A stretch of 64,000 nucleotides of DNA from Bdellovibrio sp. (GTDB lineage: Bacteria; Bdellovibrionota; Bdellovibrionia; Bdellovibrionales; Bdellovibrionaceae). Below the pieces are notes generated by a model that was not told the origin of the DNA, did no database searches, and saw only the letters and a list, made by a program, of their open reading frames with translations. The DNA lies in NCBI GenBank assembly GCA_036677065.1, contig JAKFBS010000003.1:433573-497572 (forward strand), read 5' to 3'. Positions 50,400 to 60,724 of this stretch are shown in pieces. Every line of letters begins with the position of its first letter. The stretch's first letter is position 1. The translations under genes and the position numbers were made by a program.

Positions 50400-52439
50400 T
50401 TAGAACTTTAGCTTCTTTTTGAGAGCATCTAAAGCTTTTTTACCTTGGTCTTGAACCTGGCTCTTAGCTTTGTTTTCTAGGTCTTTTTTGGCTTGCGCGA
50501 TTTTTTCGTCAGCAATATTTTTTTGTGCATCCAGCTTGGCTTGGGTGTCGTTGGCATTACCGACGTAACCTTTTGTAAGCGTGTTGATTTGTTTTTCGAT
50601 TTCGCCTTTAACTTTGCCGATTTCGTTGTCGATTTTAAGTTTGATCTCTTTATTTAACTCGTCAACTTTTTGCTTGATGCTGGCACTTAGGGCGTCTTGT
50701 AGCTTATCACCTAATGATGACGATACATCGATATCTAAGTTTGATAATTCGCCTTTTACATCGGCTTTAAGATCAAATGTTGTTAACTGGTTAAACGCAT
50801 TCTTTAGAATTTCTTCGACGACTTTTTCTTTCGCCGCTAGATTGAATTGCACGTTGTTGAACACATTCGTTAAGCCAATATTGTACGTTTTAAAACCTAC
50901 GGTCGCAGCATGGGCTGCGATATTGATTGATGAATCTTTCATCGCGATTTGGCCATCGTTATTTTTCATAAGTTCAATCGCTTGCAGCGGGTAGCTAGCC
51001 ACTGCGAAATCCATTCCGGCAGCGGGTTCTTCTTTTAAATTGTTTAAATACGCATCGACTTTTAAGCCATGAATATTTTTTGATTTAAAATCACCGGCGA
51101 TGTGCATTTCGGTTTGTTTGCCGATTTGACGCTGATTCGACACGATATTTTGAATTACACCAGAAATATCACCGAAATCAGCTTGGGCATTTGATTTAGA
51201 GCTGACTTTAACATTTTGAATCCAGAATAACGGATAACCATTTGTGACCGGAAATTCGTAGGTCACGCCATCTGCGCGCGGGTGCGGTTGAATGGTGTCA
51301 TCTTCTGCTTTTTCAACTGGAGCTTTCTTTTTGCCGCTAGCTAGGATTTTTTTAGAGTCTAAATTTTCATTAACCATTTTTGAATATTTTGGCGGCAAGT
51401 ACTTTTCAGCTAGCTCATTCACTTTATCAAGTTTACGTAAGTACGGATTTAAGTAATCCATGAAAATTGATTTGGCGATTTGTTTTGAATCGATTTTTGG
51501 AATTTTTAAACGATCTTTAACCGAAGCCACGTCAGCTTTAATTTGATCGTCTAATGCTTGATAATCTTTTTTGATATTGACCAGATCAGCGTTAAATTCA
51601 TTTTTAGTGTCGTTCACTAATTTTAAAGACGCATCAACTTCTGATTTTAAAGCATTGAACTGTTTAACTGAAGCATCTAGTTCTTGCGGAGTTTTAAAAT
51701 CTTTAACTTTGATGGCATCGAATTTAGTTTTGTAAGCTTTGAAATCTGATTCTTTTGGAAGAGCTTTTAGTTTTGCATCCCAATCGGTTTGCTTGGTCGC
51801 CCATTTAGCTTTTAGATCATTCGCCATTTTTTTTGATATTAACGTTGATTCGATATCTGCTAGCTGCGCTTTGTAATCGCCAGTTTGTAAAAACGCTGAA
51901 AGGTCTCCTAAAAGATTGCCTTTGCCTTTTTCGTCGATCTTGCCAATAGCTTTATCTTTTACTTCTGAAGCTAAACCTGGTTTTTCTTCAGATGGTGGCG
52001 GCGGGGGAGCGACTTTTCCGCGGAACTTTCTTTTTGACATGAACTGCACGTTTTCAACAGCCATTTCTTCAACGACGAATTTTAAACGAAGTAAGGCATC
52101 CCAATTTACATCAAAGCGGATTGAGCCAAGTTCAATGCTATTAAAATCAGGTTGTTCAGCGCTGGTGATTTGTAAAGCAGTGATGGCCACGTTGCCTTTG
52201 ATAAATGAAGTTTCAAAATCACCGATATTTACTTCGCTGCCTAAAGCTTTATATCCAGCCCATTCAAGACCGGCTTTCATGTGCGCATCGAAAAACAATT
52301 TAAAGTAGGCTGCACCTAATGCCATCACGATCAAGAATGGGATCACGGCGCTCCAGCGGATTAGACCACCTTCTTTGTAAAGTTTTTCTTTTTTAGCATT
52401 ATTTTTAGAGTCATTTTGAGGTTGATTTGTGTCAGTCAT
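50400..52439 (-). CDS. TIGR03545-family protein (AsmA-like N-terminus, coiled coils)
   Basis: GLIRW N-terminus with TM, large periplasmic domain, paired with a TIGR03546-like gene. Confidence 0.7.
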   Translation of the reverse strand: MTDTNQPQNDSKNNAKKEKLYKEGGLIRWSAVIPFLIVMALGAAYFKLFFDAHMKAGLEWAGYKALGSEVNIGDFETSFIKGNVAITALQITSAEQPDFNSIELGSIRFDVNWDALLRLKFVVEEMAVENVQFMSKRKFRGKVAPPPPPSEEKPGLASEVKDKAIGKIDEKGKGNLLGDLSAFLQTGDYKAQLADIESTLISKKMANDLKAKWATKQTDWDAKLKALPKESDFKAYKTKFDAIKVKDFKTPQELDASVKQFNALKSEVDASLKLVNDTKNEFNADLVNIKKDYQALDDQIKADVASVKDRLKIPKIDSKQIAKSIFMDYLNPYLRKLDKVNELAEKYLPPKYSKMVNENLDSKKILASGKKKAPVEKAEDDTIQPHPRADGVTYEFPVTNGYPLFWIQNVKVSSKSNAQADFGDISGVIQNIVSNQRQIGKQTEMHIAGDFKSKNIHGLKVDAYLNNLKEEPAAGMDFAVASYPLQAIELMKNNDGQIAMKDSSINIAAHAATVGFKTYNIGLTNVFNNVQFNLAAKEKVVEEILKNAFNQLTTFDLKADVKGELSNLDIDVSSSLGDKLQDALSASIKQKVDELNKEIKLKIDNEIGKVKGEIEKQINTLTKGYVGNANDTQAKLDAQKNIADEKIAQAKKDLENKAKSQVQDQGKKALDALKKKLKF

Positions 52440-52456
52440 ATTTGATCCTTCTAAAA

Positions 52457-52984
52457 TTAGTTGCCGTAAAGATCGTTATATTTAGTGTACCAAAGATAGA
52501 ACTTACTACCTTTGATGGCTTTGAATGATTTGCTGTTTTCAAAACGCACAGCAATAGTTGTGCGATATTTTTTCACTAAGTAAATAAACATGAAATATAA
52601 AAACGGGCTTAAAACTAAAGCGGCTAGAAAACTTCCCATCACGATCGAGTTGTTAAAACGCGTGTACGGGATGATTGGAATATTATAAAGCTTTGTCCAG
52701 ATCGGGCGAAGAGATGGTTCTTCGAGGGCCCATTGACCTAATGAGTTGGCTAATGGATCGATTAAGAATGCCACGAATTTAAAAACGAAGGCTGATAAAA
52801 ACGCTGCGCCAAATTGCACACGAAAAAAGAAAAGAATAAATAAAACTAAAAAAGTTTGTAGCGAGAAAAACGGAGAAAAACCCAAAAACGCTCCTAAGGT
52901 TAAACCCCAGGCGATTTGTGTGGTTCCGTTTTCTGAATGTAACATCTTAATCAGATTCAGAAGCTGTTTAATCAGTATTGTCAT
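52457..52984 (-). CDS. TIGR03546-family membrane protein
   Basis: LHSENGTTQIAWG, YNIPIIPYTRFNNSIVMGS. Confidence 0.75.
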   Translation of the reverse strand: MTILIKQLLNLIKMLHSENGTTQIAWGLTLGAFLGFSPFFSLQTFLVLFILFFFRVQFGAAFLSAFVFKFVAFLIDPLANSLGQWALEEPSLRPIWTKLYNIPIIPYTRFNNSIVMGSFLAALVLSPFLYFMFIYLVKKYRTTIAVRFENSKSFKAIKGSKFYLWYTKYNDLYGN

Positions 52985-52988
52985 AAAG

Positions 52989-53963
52989 TCACCTTTCTTG
53001 TGTGCCTTTGCGTGATGTTGCGAAAAAATATCCCCCTGGAAGACTAACTAACAGAGTAAAAAATTGCATTAGACTTACGCCTGTTGTGATTGCCGTAGCC
53101 GTTGGGATATTTATTAAAGAAAAAATAAAGTAAAATGCGGCCTGGCCTACACCAATACCTGCTGGAGTCAGGGGAATTGCTGACGCCATAAAAGCAAAAC
53201 AAGCTAATGGTAAGAAGACAAAAACTGAAATTGGTTCTTGTGTTAAATTTACCGTCACCACATACAAAAAGCCAATCGACATACATTGAATAAGAAAACT
53301 TACGCCAATGAATTTTAACATGAACGGGCTTTGCATGGCTTTAGAGATGTTAACTTGCACTTGCTCTGCAAATGAAAACAACTTCTGAAATAGAAAGAAT
53401 TTAAATTTATCTTTAAAGCGCGGAATAATTTTATGCGAATGATATAAAAACATTAGTCCCAAGCAAGCTATGACTAATAAGATTAAGCTGATCTTTAAAA
53501 GTTTGACGAGGGGCTCTGACATGCCAAAAAAGTATTCGACAAATAAAAATGAAGACGAAAAAAATATTAAACAAAATAATCCCAGTACACGATCAATCGT
53601 GACTAATGAAAAGCTCATTCTTTTTGGAACTTTATGAGATTCAGAAATAGCCAAAGCTTTAAAGATGTCGCCCCCAACACCACTTGGAATAAAGAAATTA
53701 AAAAAGTTTCCGATCAGCGTTTGTTTGGCTGCGGTTTTGAACGGATATTCGATTTCTAAATTAACTAAAAGATTCCAGCGAAGGGCTAAAGAAAGTGTGT
53801 GTAGCGTAAAAAAACCTAAACCAGCGGCTAAGATAACTGGATTTTTAAAACTAAGTTTTAGCTGCTCTAAATCAATAAGCCCCAATTTTAAAACTAGTAA
53901 TAACAATACAAAAGCTATAACTGGGCGAAGATAATTCTTCAGGCTTGCAGGGATGATTCGCAT
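52989..53963 (-). CDS. Lysylphosphatidylglycerol synthase TM-domain (UPF0104) flippase-like protein
   Basis: RW, IGNFFNFFIPSGVGGD, DRVLG, PLTPAGIGV. Confidence 0.85.
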   Translation of the reverse strand: MRIIPASLKNYLRPVIAFVLLLLVLKLGLIDLEQLKLSFKNPVILAAGLGFFTLHTLSLALRWNLLVNLEIEYPFKTAAKQTLIGNFFNFFIPSGVGGDIFKALAISESHKVPKRMSFSLVTIDRVLGLFCLIFFSSSFLFVEYFFGMSEPLVKLLKISLILLVIACLGLMFLYHSHKIIPRFKDKFKFFLFQKLFSFAEQVQVNISKAMQSPFMLKFIGVSFLIQCMSIGFLYVVTVNLTQEPISVFVFLPLACFAFMASAIPLTPAGIGVGQAAFYFIFSLINIPTATAITTGVSLMQFFTLLVSLPGGYFFATSRKGTQER

Positions 53964-53978
53964 CCCCCTACGTTGCCA

Positions 53979-54842
53979 CTATTTCTGGTGAGTATCAAAA
54001 ATATTTTTAAGGTTTTTAAGCACAGCTTCTAAGTTGTGAAGTGGCAATGAAGTCGGCCCATCACAAAGCGCTTTTTCTGGATCTGGATGAGTCTCTAAAA
54101 AGATCCCATCAACGCCGACAGCGACTGCTGCGCGACCTAATGGCCACACCATATCGCCACGACCGCCACTAGATTCGCCAGTTGCACCAGGTAATTGCGT
54201 TGAGTGTGTGCAATCCATGATCACCGGAAAGCCCAAACGACGCATTTCTACTAAACCAGTCATATCGTTGATTAAACGATTGTAACCAAATGTTGTTCCG
54301 CGGTCGCAGAGTAGAAGCTTATCATTGCCAGTTTGTACGGCCTTCTGCGCAATAGCTTTCATGTCCCATGGAGCTAAAAACTGACCTTTTTTAATATGAA
54401 GCACGCGGCCAGTTTTTGCTGCGGCCACCATTAAGTCAGTTTGGCGAGACAAGAACGCCGGAATTTGAATAACTTCTGCGTACTGAGCTGTTTCTTCAAC
54501 TTGAATCGTTTCGTGAACGTCAGTGATAAAATTACAACCGACAGACACTTTGATTTTTTCTAAAGAAGCTAAAGCTTCTTTCATACCTGGTCCGCGAAAG
54601 CTTTTTAAACTTTGACGGTTGGCCTTATCGAATGAACATTTTAAAATCCAAGGAATACCTAGTGCAGTTGTTACGCGCTTAATTTCTTTTGCGGTTTCAA
54701 TCACCATGCCTTCGTCTTCGATAATATCAGGGCCAGCAAATAACACGAAGCTCTTGCCATCACCCCAAGTGATGTTTCCGTATTTAGATTCAAGCGTAAC
54801 AGTTTTTGCTAATGGTTTAAATTCATTCACTAAGTTAATCAT
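53979..54842 (-). CDS. kdsA: KDO-8-phosphate synthase
   Basis: SFDKANR, QIPAFLSRQTD, KKGQF, THSTQLPG, ETHPDP. Confidence 0.93.
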   Translation of the reverse strand: MINLVNEFKPLAKTVTLESKYGNITWGDGKSFVLFAGPDIIEDEGMVIETAKEIKRVTTALGIPWILKCSFDKANRQSLKSFRGPGMKEALASLEKIKVSVGCNFITDVHETIQVEETAQYAEVIQIPAFLSRQTDLMVAAAKTGRVLHIKKGQFLAPWDMKAIAQKAVQTGNDKLLLCDRGTTFGYNRLINDMTGLVEMRRLGFPVIMDCTHSTQLPGATGESSGGRGDMVWPLGRAAVAVGVDGIFLETHPDPEKALCDGPTSLPLHNLEAVLKNLKNIFDTHQK

Positions 54843-54845
54843 TGG

Positions 54846-55976
54846 TTACGCCTTCGCCGAGAATTCGACTGCTGTTTTTGTAGCTTCGATAACTTTTGTC
54901 TGTTGTTCAACAGTCATATCCGGAAACATGGGTAATGAAATCACGTGTTGAGCAGCCCAGCGAGAATGCGTGATATCATGACGTTGCGGGGTGTTTTTAG
55001 CATACCAAGGTTGATCGGCCATCGTCATCGGGTAGTGAACAGTCGTTGGTACACCTAGCTCTTGCATTTTCTTTTGGAAAACATCGCGATTTGTTACAGT
55101 CACAGTGTACTGGGCCCAAACGCTTTCGTTACCAGCTTTTACTAACGGAGTAGAAAACATTGGGTCATGTTTTTCTAAACCTGCGAATGAAGTTGAAAAG
55201 TTGTGAGCGATTTTATTACGTGCTTCGACTTCCCAGTCATATCTTTCAAGTTTTGCTAATAAAATAGCACATTGAATTGTATCTAAACGGCCATTCACAC
55301 CAAGACGTGTGTGGTAGTAACGTTTTTCAGAACCGTGTTCGCGAATTTCTTTCATGGCTTTTAATAACGCTTCATCATTTGTGAAAATCGCGCCACCGTC
55401 ACCGTAACAGCCAAGTGGTTTAGCAGGGTAGAATGAAGTTCCTGCAGCTGTTGTCATTGAGCCACTTTTTTTATCTTTGTATTTTGCGCCGTAAGATTGC
55501 GCCGTGTCTTCAATAACAAACAAATTATGCTTTTTTGCAATAGCGTTGATTTCATCTAAGTCAGCCACTTGACCGTATAAAGAAACGGGCATGATGGCTT
55601 TTGTTTTAGGTGTGATCGCAGCTTCAATTTTTTTAGGATCGATATTGAAAGTTTTTGGATCGATATCGACATAAATTGGTGTTGCGCCGGCTAAAACAAT
55701 TGTTTCAGCTGTCGCGATAAATGAAAACGCAGTGGTAATCACTTCATCACCTTGGCCGATGCCTAAGGCCATTAACGGGATAACTAAGGCATCAGTTCCG
55801 CTGGCTACGGCCAAGCAGTACTTTGATCCAGTGTGAGCTGCTAGTTTTTGTTCTAATTCAGCAACTTCAGGACCATTGATATAGGCACCACTGTCTAAAA
55901 CTTTTTGGATGCGTGCATCGATTGAAGTTTTCAATGCGTTGTATTGAGATTTTAAGTCGATAAATGGAACAGACAT
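54846..55976 (-). CDS. DegT/DnrJ/EryC1/StrS sugar aminotransferase
   Basis: SGTDAL, IEDTAQS, SFYPAKPLGCYGDGG, NGRLDTIQ. Confidence 0.92.
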   Translation of the reverse strand: MSVPFIDLKSQYNALKTSIDARIQKVLDSGAYINGPEVAELEQKLAAHTGSKYCLAVASGTDALVIPLMALGIGQGDEVITTAFSFIATAETIVLAGATPIYVDIDPKTFNIDPKKIEAAITPKTKAIMPVSLYGQVADLDEINAIAKKHNLFVIEDTAQSYGAKYKDKKSGSMTTAAGTSFYPAKPLGCYGDGGAIFTNDEALLKAMKEIREHGSEKRYYHTRLGVNGRLDTIQCAILLAKLERYDWEVEARNKIAHNFSTSFAGLEKHDPMFSTPLVKAGNESVWAQYTVTVTNRDVFQKKMQELGVPTTVHYPMTMADQPWYAKNTPQRHDITHSRWAAQHVISLPMFPDMTVEQQTKVIEATKTAVEFSAKA

Positions 55977-56117
55977 AATAGCCTCCTGCTAGAGTGAAAC
56001 GATAATCGATATTATGCACCAGAAGTTGGACTCATGTCACGATGTGGAAAAAAAGCTTCACGCAAGAGGTAAATACTGTCAAAATAGTATCTTCTTAACT
56101 GGACCATGGAGGGTTTC

Positions 56118-58142
56118 ATGAAGATTAAGTCTTCGACTATAGGAATTGGTGTAATTTTATCGGCTTTAACCATTATTCCCATCACTTACGCCGCACAAAC
56201 TGCACAAACGAATATTGCACAGTCTTCTGAAATTCCAGAAATACGTGAATACCCGCTCAATGACAAAGCAAACCCTTGTGATGATTTTCACAAGTACGTT
56301 TGTAGCAATGTCGAAGCTTCATTTAAGTTACGCGAAGACCGCAGTGCTCACTTTTTCGCCTTTGAAGACTCAGATGAGCGCTTATTAGAAAAGAAAAAAA
56401 CTTTTTTCAAAAACATTGATAGCGAGAAAAAATTAAACCCGCGTTCATTGCAAATGAAACAGTATTACAAGGCGTGTATGAATGAAGCTGGGGCCATCGC
56501 TGAAGAGCATGAGCTTGTTGCCGCATTACGCACGGATATTGATAAACTGAAATCAATTGAGGATTTCATTAAATTCAATAAAGAAAATATGGTGAACGAA
56601 AAATGGTCTTTTGTTAATTATGATATGGGCCCAAATATCGATAATCCAAAAATCTATGACCTGATGTTTGATGTAGGCTTAATGTTTTTACCAGAGCATA
56701 GCTATTACGATAACAAAGAATTAATGTCGGCTTATCGTGATTTAGTTGTAGAATTTTTTATGGCTGTTTACCCAGAGGGTAATAAAGACGAATTTAAAAA
56801 ACGGGCGCAAGCGATGATTGATTTTGAAACTCGTTTCAAAGCCACTTACCCGATGCCTGCAGAATTTAGAAAACGTTGGACAGAGCCTCGTTATGTAACA
56901 CGTGAAGAATTTTTAAAACGTACTTCAGCTATTGGCTTAGATGATTTTATCAAAAAAAATATTCCGGCTAAAACTTTGATTCGTGATTTTATTCCGGAAA
57001 GCTTTGAGTTCGTGCAAAAAGAACTTAAAAATGAAAACTTACAGGTTTTAAAAGACACATTTTTCTTTCGTTCAGCGCGTGGATTTATGGATGATGCGTA
57101 CCCTGAATTATTTAAAAAACGCATGGAATTCAGTCATAAGTACTTAGGCGGAGCGCCGTCACGTCCGGATCGTCAAGAACGTTGCACAACTTCAGTGATG
57201 GGTTCATTTAATCGTGAATTAGATTTAGAAATGTTACCGCGTTTGTTTCCACATTTTCCGAAAGAGAAAATGAAAATCGTTGCCGAACGTGTACGTCAAT
57301 CAATCATTGATGGTTTGAAGTCGAACACTTGGTTATCAGCACAAGGTAAAACGGGTGCGATTGCAAAAATCGAGCATGCAAAATTACAATTAATTCAGCC
57401 ATACACAGATAAAGAGTGGGATTTTAAACCTATTCAAAAATACTCTGATGTAAAACCTTACCACAACGGTAGACTTTTAGCGATGCAAGGGCACAAAAGA
57501 AGTTTAAAAAGATTTAAAGAAGGCGTAAACCAAGAAGCTTGGGGAATGGGCCCTTTAACAGTTAATGCTTACTATTCTGCAGATAAAAATAAATTTGTAA
57601 TGCCAATCGGTATTTTACAATATCCGTTTTTTGTTCCCGAAGGTGATGTGATCGAAAACCTTGGAGCAGTCGGTGCTGTTGTCGCTCATGAATTAGGGCA
57701 TGCAATTGATGACGAAGGTTCTAAGTTTGATGATAAAGGCCGTCTTAAACAATGGATGACTGATGCTGATGTGAATACGTTCAAAGAGCGTGGTCAACGC
57801 ATGACAGATCAATTTAATAAAATTGGCCACAATGGTGAACTAACTTTAGGTGAAAACACAGCTGACTTAGTGGGATTAACATTTGCGTATAAAGCCGCTT
57901 TTCCAAAAGGCGAAGGCTCGGTTGAAGATAAAAAGAAATTCTTCGTCGCTTACGGCCGTTTATGGTGTGGTGTTGCCCGCGATAAAATGAAAGAAATGTT
58001 GTTAAAAACTGATCCGCACGCTTTAGGTTATGCGCGTATTAATGAGCAGGTAAAACATCAACCTGGTTTTACTGAGGCTTTCGCCTGTAAACCGAATAAT
58101 AAATTATTCTTATCCGAGAAAGAAAGAATTCAAATTTGGTAA
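56118..58142 (+). CDS. M13-family (neprilysin-like) secreted metallopeptidase
   Basis: PCDDFHKYVC, VNAYY, HELGH, GENTAD; ATG after GGAGGG. Confidence 0.93.
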   Translation: MKIKSSTIGIGVILSALTIIPITYAAQTAQTNIAQSSEIPEIREYPLNDKANPCDDFHKYVCSNVEASFKLREDRSAHFFAFEDSDERLLEKKKTFFKNIDSEKKLNPRSLQMKQYYKACMNEAGAIAEEHELVAALRTDIDKLKSIEDFIKFNKENMVNEKWSFVNYDMGPNIDNPKIYDLMFDVGLMFLPEHSYYDNKELMSAYRDLVVEFFMAVYPEGNKDEFKKRAQAMIDFETRFKATYPMPAEFRKRWTEPRYVTREEFLKRTSAIGLDDFIKKNIPAKTLIRDFIPESFEFVQKELKNENLQVLKDTFFFRSARGFMDDAYPELFKKRMEFSHKYLGGAPSRPDRQERCTTSVMGSFNRELDLEMLPRLFPHFPKEKMKIVAERVRQSIIDGLKSNTWLSAQGKTGAIAKIEHAKLQLIQPYTDKEWDFKPIQKYSDVKPYHNGRLLAMQGHKRSLKRFKEGVNQEAWGMGPLTVNAYYSADKNKFVMPIGILQYPFFVPEGDVIENLGAVGAVVAHELGHAIDDEGSKFDDKGRLKQWMTDADVNTFKERGQRMTDQFNKIGHNGELTLGENTADLVGLTFAYKAAFPKGEGSVEDKKKFFVAYGRLWCGVARDKMKEMLLKTDPHALGYARINEQVKHQPGFTEAFACKPNNKLFLSEKERIQIW

Positions 58143-59122
58143 ACCTATCGCAAGTTAAATTAGATCTACGCCCTTTTGTGCCGATTCTGAAAATCGAAAC
58201 GGCACATTCACAAACCATTCTAGGCCATGTGATCAAATCTAAAAATTTTAATGAACCGCATCGGCAGATGTTTTTGACTCTGCCGGATGGCGACCAAATG
58301 AGTCTTAAAATTTTTGAAAATAAATCAGCCAACAAAAAAAATGCTGTCGTCACTGTATTTCATGGCTTAGCCGGAGACCACACTTCAGATTACGTGCAAC
58401 GCACAGCTCAGTTGGCTTTTGATTTAGGTTATTCAGTGGTTACTGTTGATCATCGCGGTGCAGGTTTAGCTGAAGGCATGGCCAAAAAACCATATCATTC
58501 AGGTCGCGGTGAAGATGCTTCTGAAGTCAGTCTTAAACTTCGCGAAATTTTTCCTAAAGATAAGCAAGTTTTTATCGGCTTTTCATTAAGTGGCAGCGTG
58601 GTTTTAAATTTAGTGACCCAACGTTATGGTCAGCATTTACCAGATTATGCCGTTGTTGTGAATGCGCCGATTAACTTGCAAAAAGCGAGTGATCATTTAA
58701 TCAATGGTTTTTCGCGTCTATATGATTTGCGATTTTATTTTATGCTGCGCAAATTAATCCGTAAAACAGAACCACAAATTGGTTTACCTATTGTGTCGAA
58801 CACACGCTTGATTGACGATTTATTTACTTCGATAAAATCTGGCTTTGTTGATAGCGCTGATTATTATACCCAATGCAGTACCTATAAGTACCTTGATCGC
58901 ATTGCCGTTCCTACTTTTGTTTTAACCAGCAAAGATGACCCATTTATTGCCTTTGATGATTATAGAGCGGCAAGTTGGAACGATAAAACCCACAGAACCT
59001 TTATCGATCACGGTGGGCATATGGGATATATTTCGAAACATAAGAGCGGCCAGTTTGGCCGGCGCTGGTTAGATGATTACCTTCATAAGGTCTTGTTGGC
59101 TATCGATTCATATCAACCTTAG
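58136..59122 (+). CDS. YheT-like alpha/beta hydrolase
   Basis: HGLAG, GFSLSG, DDPF, GGHMG triad; start uncertain. Confidence 0.85.
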   Translation: MVNLSQVKLDLRPFVPILKIETAHSQTILGHVIKSKNFNEPHRQMFLTLPDGDQMSLKIFENKSANKKNAVVTVFHGLAGDHTSDYVQRTAQLAFDLGYSVVTVDHRGAGLAEGMAKKPYHSGRGEDASEVSLKLREIFPKDKQVFIGFSLSGSVVLNLVTQRYGQHLPDYAVVVNAPINLQKASDHLINGFSRLYDLRFYFMLRKLIRKTEPQIGLPIVSNTRLIDDLFTSIKSGFVDSADYYTQCSTYKYLDRIAVPTFVLTSKDDPFIAFDDYRAASWNDKTHRTFIDHGGHMGYISKHKSGQFGRRWLDDYLHKVLLAIDSYQP

Positions 59123-59181
59123 TCTAAGTCTATATAGGCTGATTGTTAAAAATCCTAATCATTGGTTAAATAGATAGATAA

Positions 59182-59880
59182 ATGTCGGCAGCCAATACAG
59201 CAAATGCAGGTGAATTCTTAATTGAACTAGAAGAAAAAGATGCCTTCTTAGCTTTGCATAATTGTTTTACTTTAAATTCTGATTTAATTCTAAAAAATGA
59301 GGCGGATCCAACTCATCCTATATCTGCAAAGATTGGTTTTTTTGCAGATAAAAAAATATTTTTAGAAACAGCTCAAAATGATAAGCTTGCGACCTATCTG
59401 GGTTTAACGTCGATTAAATTTTTTATTGGCACTGAAGTGTACTTTATTAAAACCACTTTAGAAGTTCTTGATGATCAGATTTGTTTTGATCAAAGTGCCA
59501 AGATAGTTCAGCTGCGACGTCGTAAAGAGCCGCGCTATAATATTCCTGAAAAATGGAATCAAACAGCCGCAGTTTGGTCGATAGAATTGAAAATTAAAAA
59601 CCCGGCAAAAGTAACTGATATTTCATATAACGGTTGTCGTTTTGAAGTTCCCAAATTAAGCCTAAGTATTAATAAGGGTGATCAGATTCGTATTCAGTAT
59701 CAAATTTTTAAGCGTGCAGATGTTGTCTGTGATGCAATCGTTCGTTTTATCATGCGCAAACCCAATGGCACAACGGTGCTTGGCTTAGAGTTCACGCAAT
59801 TGCAAAAAAGTCATAAATCCCGTATCAACAGTATCGTTGAAGATTTAATGAATCATTACGCGATTAAAAGTTTAGTTTAA
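59182..59880 (+). CDS. PilZ-domain (c-di-GMP-binding) protein
   Basis: RRKEPR (RxxxR) and DISYNG (DxSxxG) motifs. Confidence 0.82.
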   Translation: MSAANTANAGEFLIELEEKDAFLALHNCFTLNSDLILKNEADPTHPISAKIGFFADKKIFLETAQNDKLATYLGLTSIKFFIGTEVYFIKTTLEVLDDQICFDQSAKIVQLRRRKEPRYNIPEKWNQTAAVWSIELKIKNPAKVTDISYNGCRFEVPKLSLSINKGDQIRIQYQIFKRADVVCDAIVRFIMRKPNGTTVLGLEFTQLQKSHKSRINSIVEDLMNHYAIKSLV

Positions 59881-60714
59881 TAAAACATTCACCCAAGAAA
59901 GTTTATCTTTAGGGATAGCTTCTTTAGGCATGAATAAACCTGTTTTAAGCCCACCATCATAAGCATAACTGCCTTCGGCAAGATCTCCGGCTTTTAAGAT
60001 TGTTTTTAAAACGTTAAATGCTTTTTGATTATTGTTTTTCATCACTTTAATAACTTCTTCAACCGTGACATGCGGAATTGAATCATCCCAGCAGTCATAA
60101 TCAGTTACAAAACAACATGGTAAATACGGAAGGCCAGCTTCCCGTGCTAATGCGTATTCAGGAAAGTTCGACATCCCAATGATATTTGCGCCCATTTGGC
60201 GGTAAGTGTGTGATTCAGCTTTTGTCGAAAAATAAGGGCCTTCGATACAAACATAAGTTTGGCCAAAAAATGAAGTGTGCGCCAAAGGTTTTACTAATTC
60301 TTGTAAACGTTTAGCCATAGTTTCACAGATTGGTTTTGCTAACGAAACGTGGCCGATTAAGCCTCCGCCTAAAAACGTGTGTACTCGCGCTTTAGTGCGA
60401 TCGATATATTGAAATGGCACAACCATATCACCCGGAGCTAAATCTTTTTGTAACGAGCCCACAGCGCTGAATGAAACTATCGCCGAAGCCCCTAATTTTT
60501 TAAAAGCATAGATGTTAGCGCGGTAATTAATCTCTGAAGGAAGCAATTCATGGTGTTCACCGTGACGAGATAAAAATAAAAATTCTGTGCCATCAACTTT
60601 AACTTTTTTCAGGCCCGAAGAGTGCGGACCAAAAGGGGTTTCGATCGAAATTTTTTCTACCGTTGTGAATTCGTCAAATTTTTCAAAACCTGATCCGCCA
60701 ATAACTGCGATCAT
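59872..60714 (-). CDS. mtnP: 5'-methylthioadenosine phosphorylase
   Basis: IGGSG, RHG, NYRANI, EGPYFSTKAES, TDYDCW; ATG at 60714. Confidence 0.9.
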   Translation of the reverse strand: MIAVIGGSGFEKFDEFTTVEKISIETPFGPHSSGLKKVKVDGTEFLFLSRHGEHHELLPSEINYRANIYAFKKLGASAIVSFSAVGSLQKDLAPGDMVVPFQYIDRTKARVHTFLGGGLIGHVSLAKPICETMAKRLQELVKPLAHTSFFGQTYVCIEGPYFSTKAESHTYRQMGANIIGMSNFPEYALAREAGLPYLPCCFVTDYDCWDDSIPHVTVEEVIKVMKNNNQKAFNVLKTILKAGDLAEGSYAYDGGLKTGLFMPKEAIPKDKLSWVNVLLN

Positions 60715-60724
60715 ACTCTGTCTC

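Noticed and set aside
56027..56040. TGGAC-TCAT-GTCAC between the degT and M13 genes
   Set aside because: Three mismatches to the box, and the flanking genes are unrelated to anoxia
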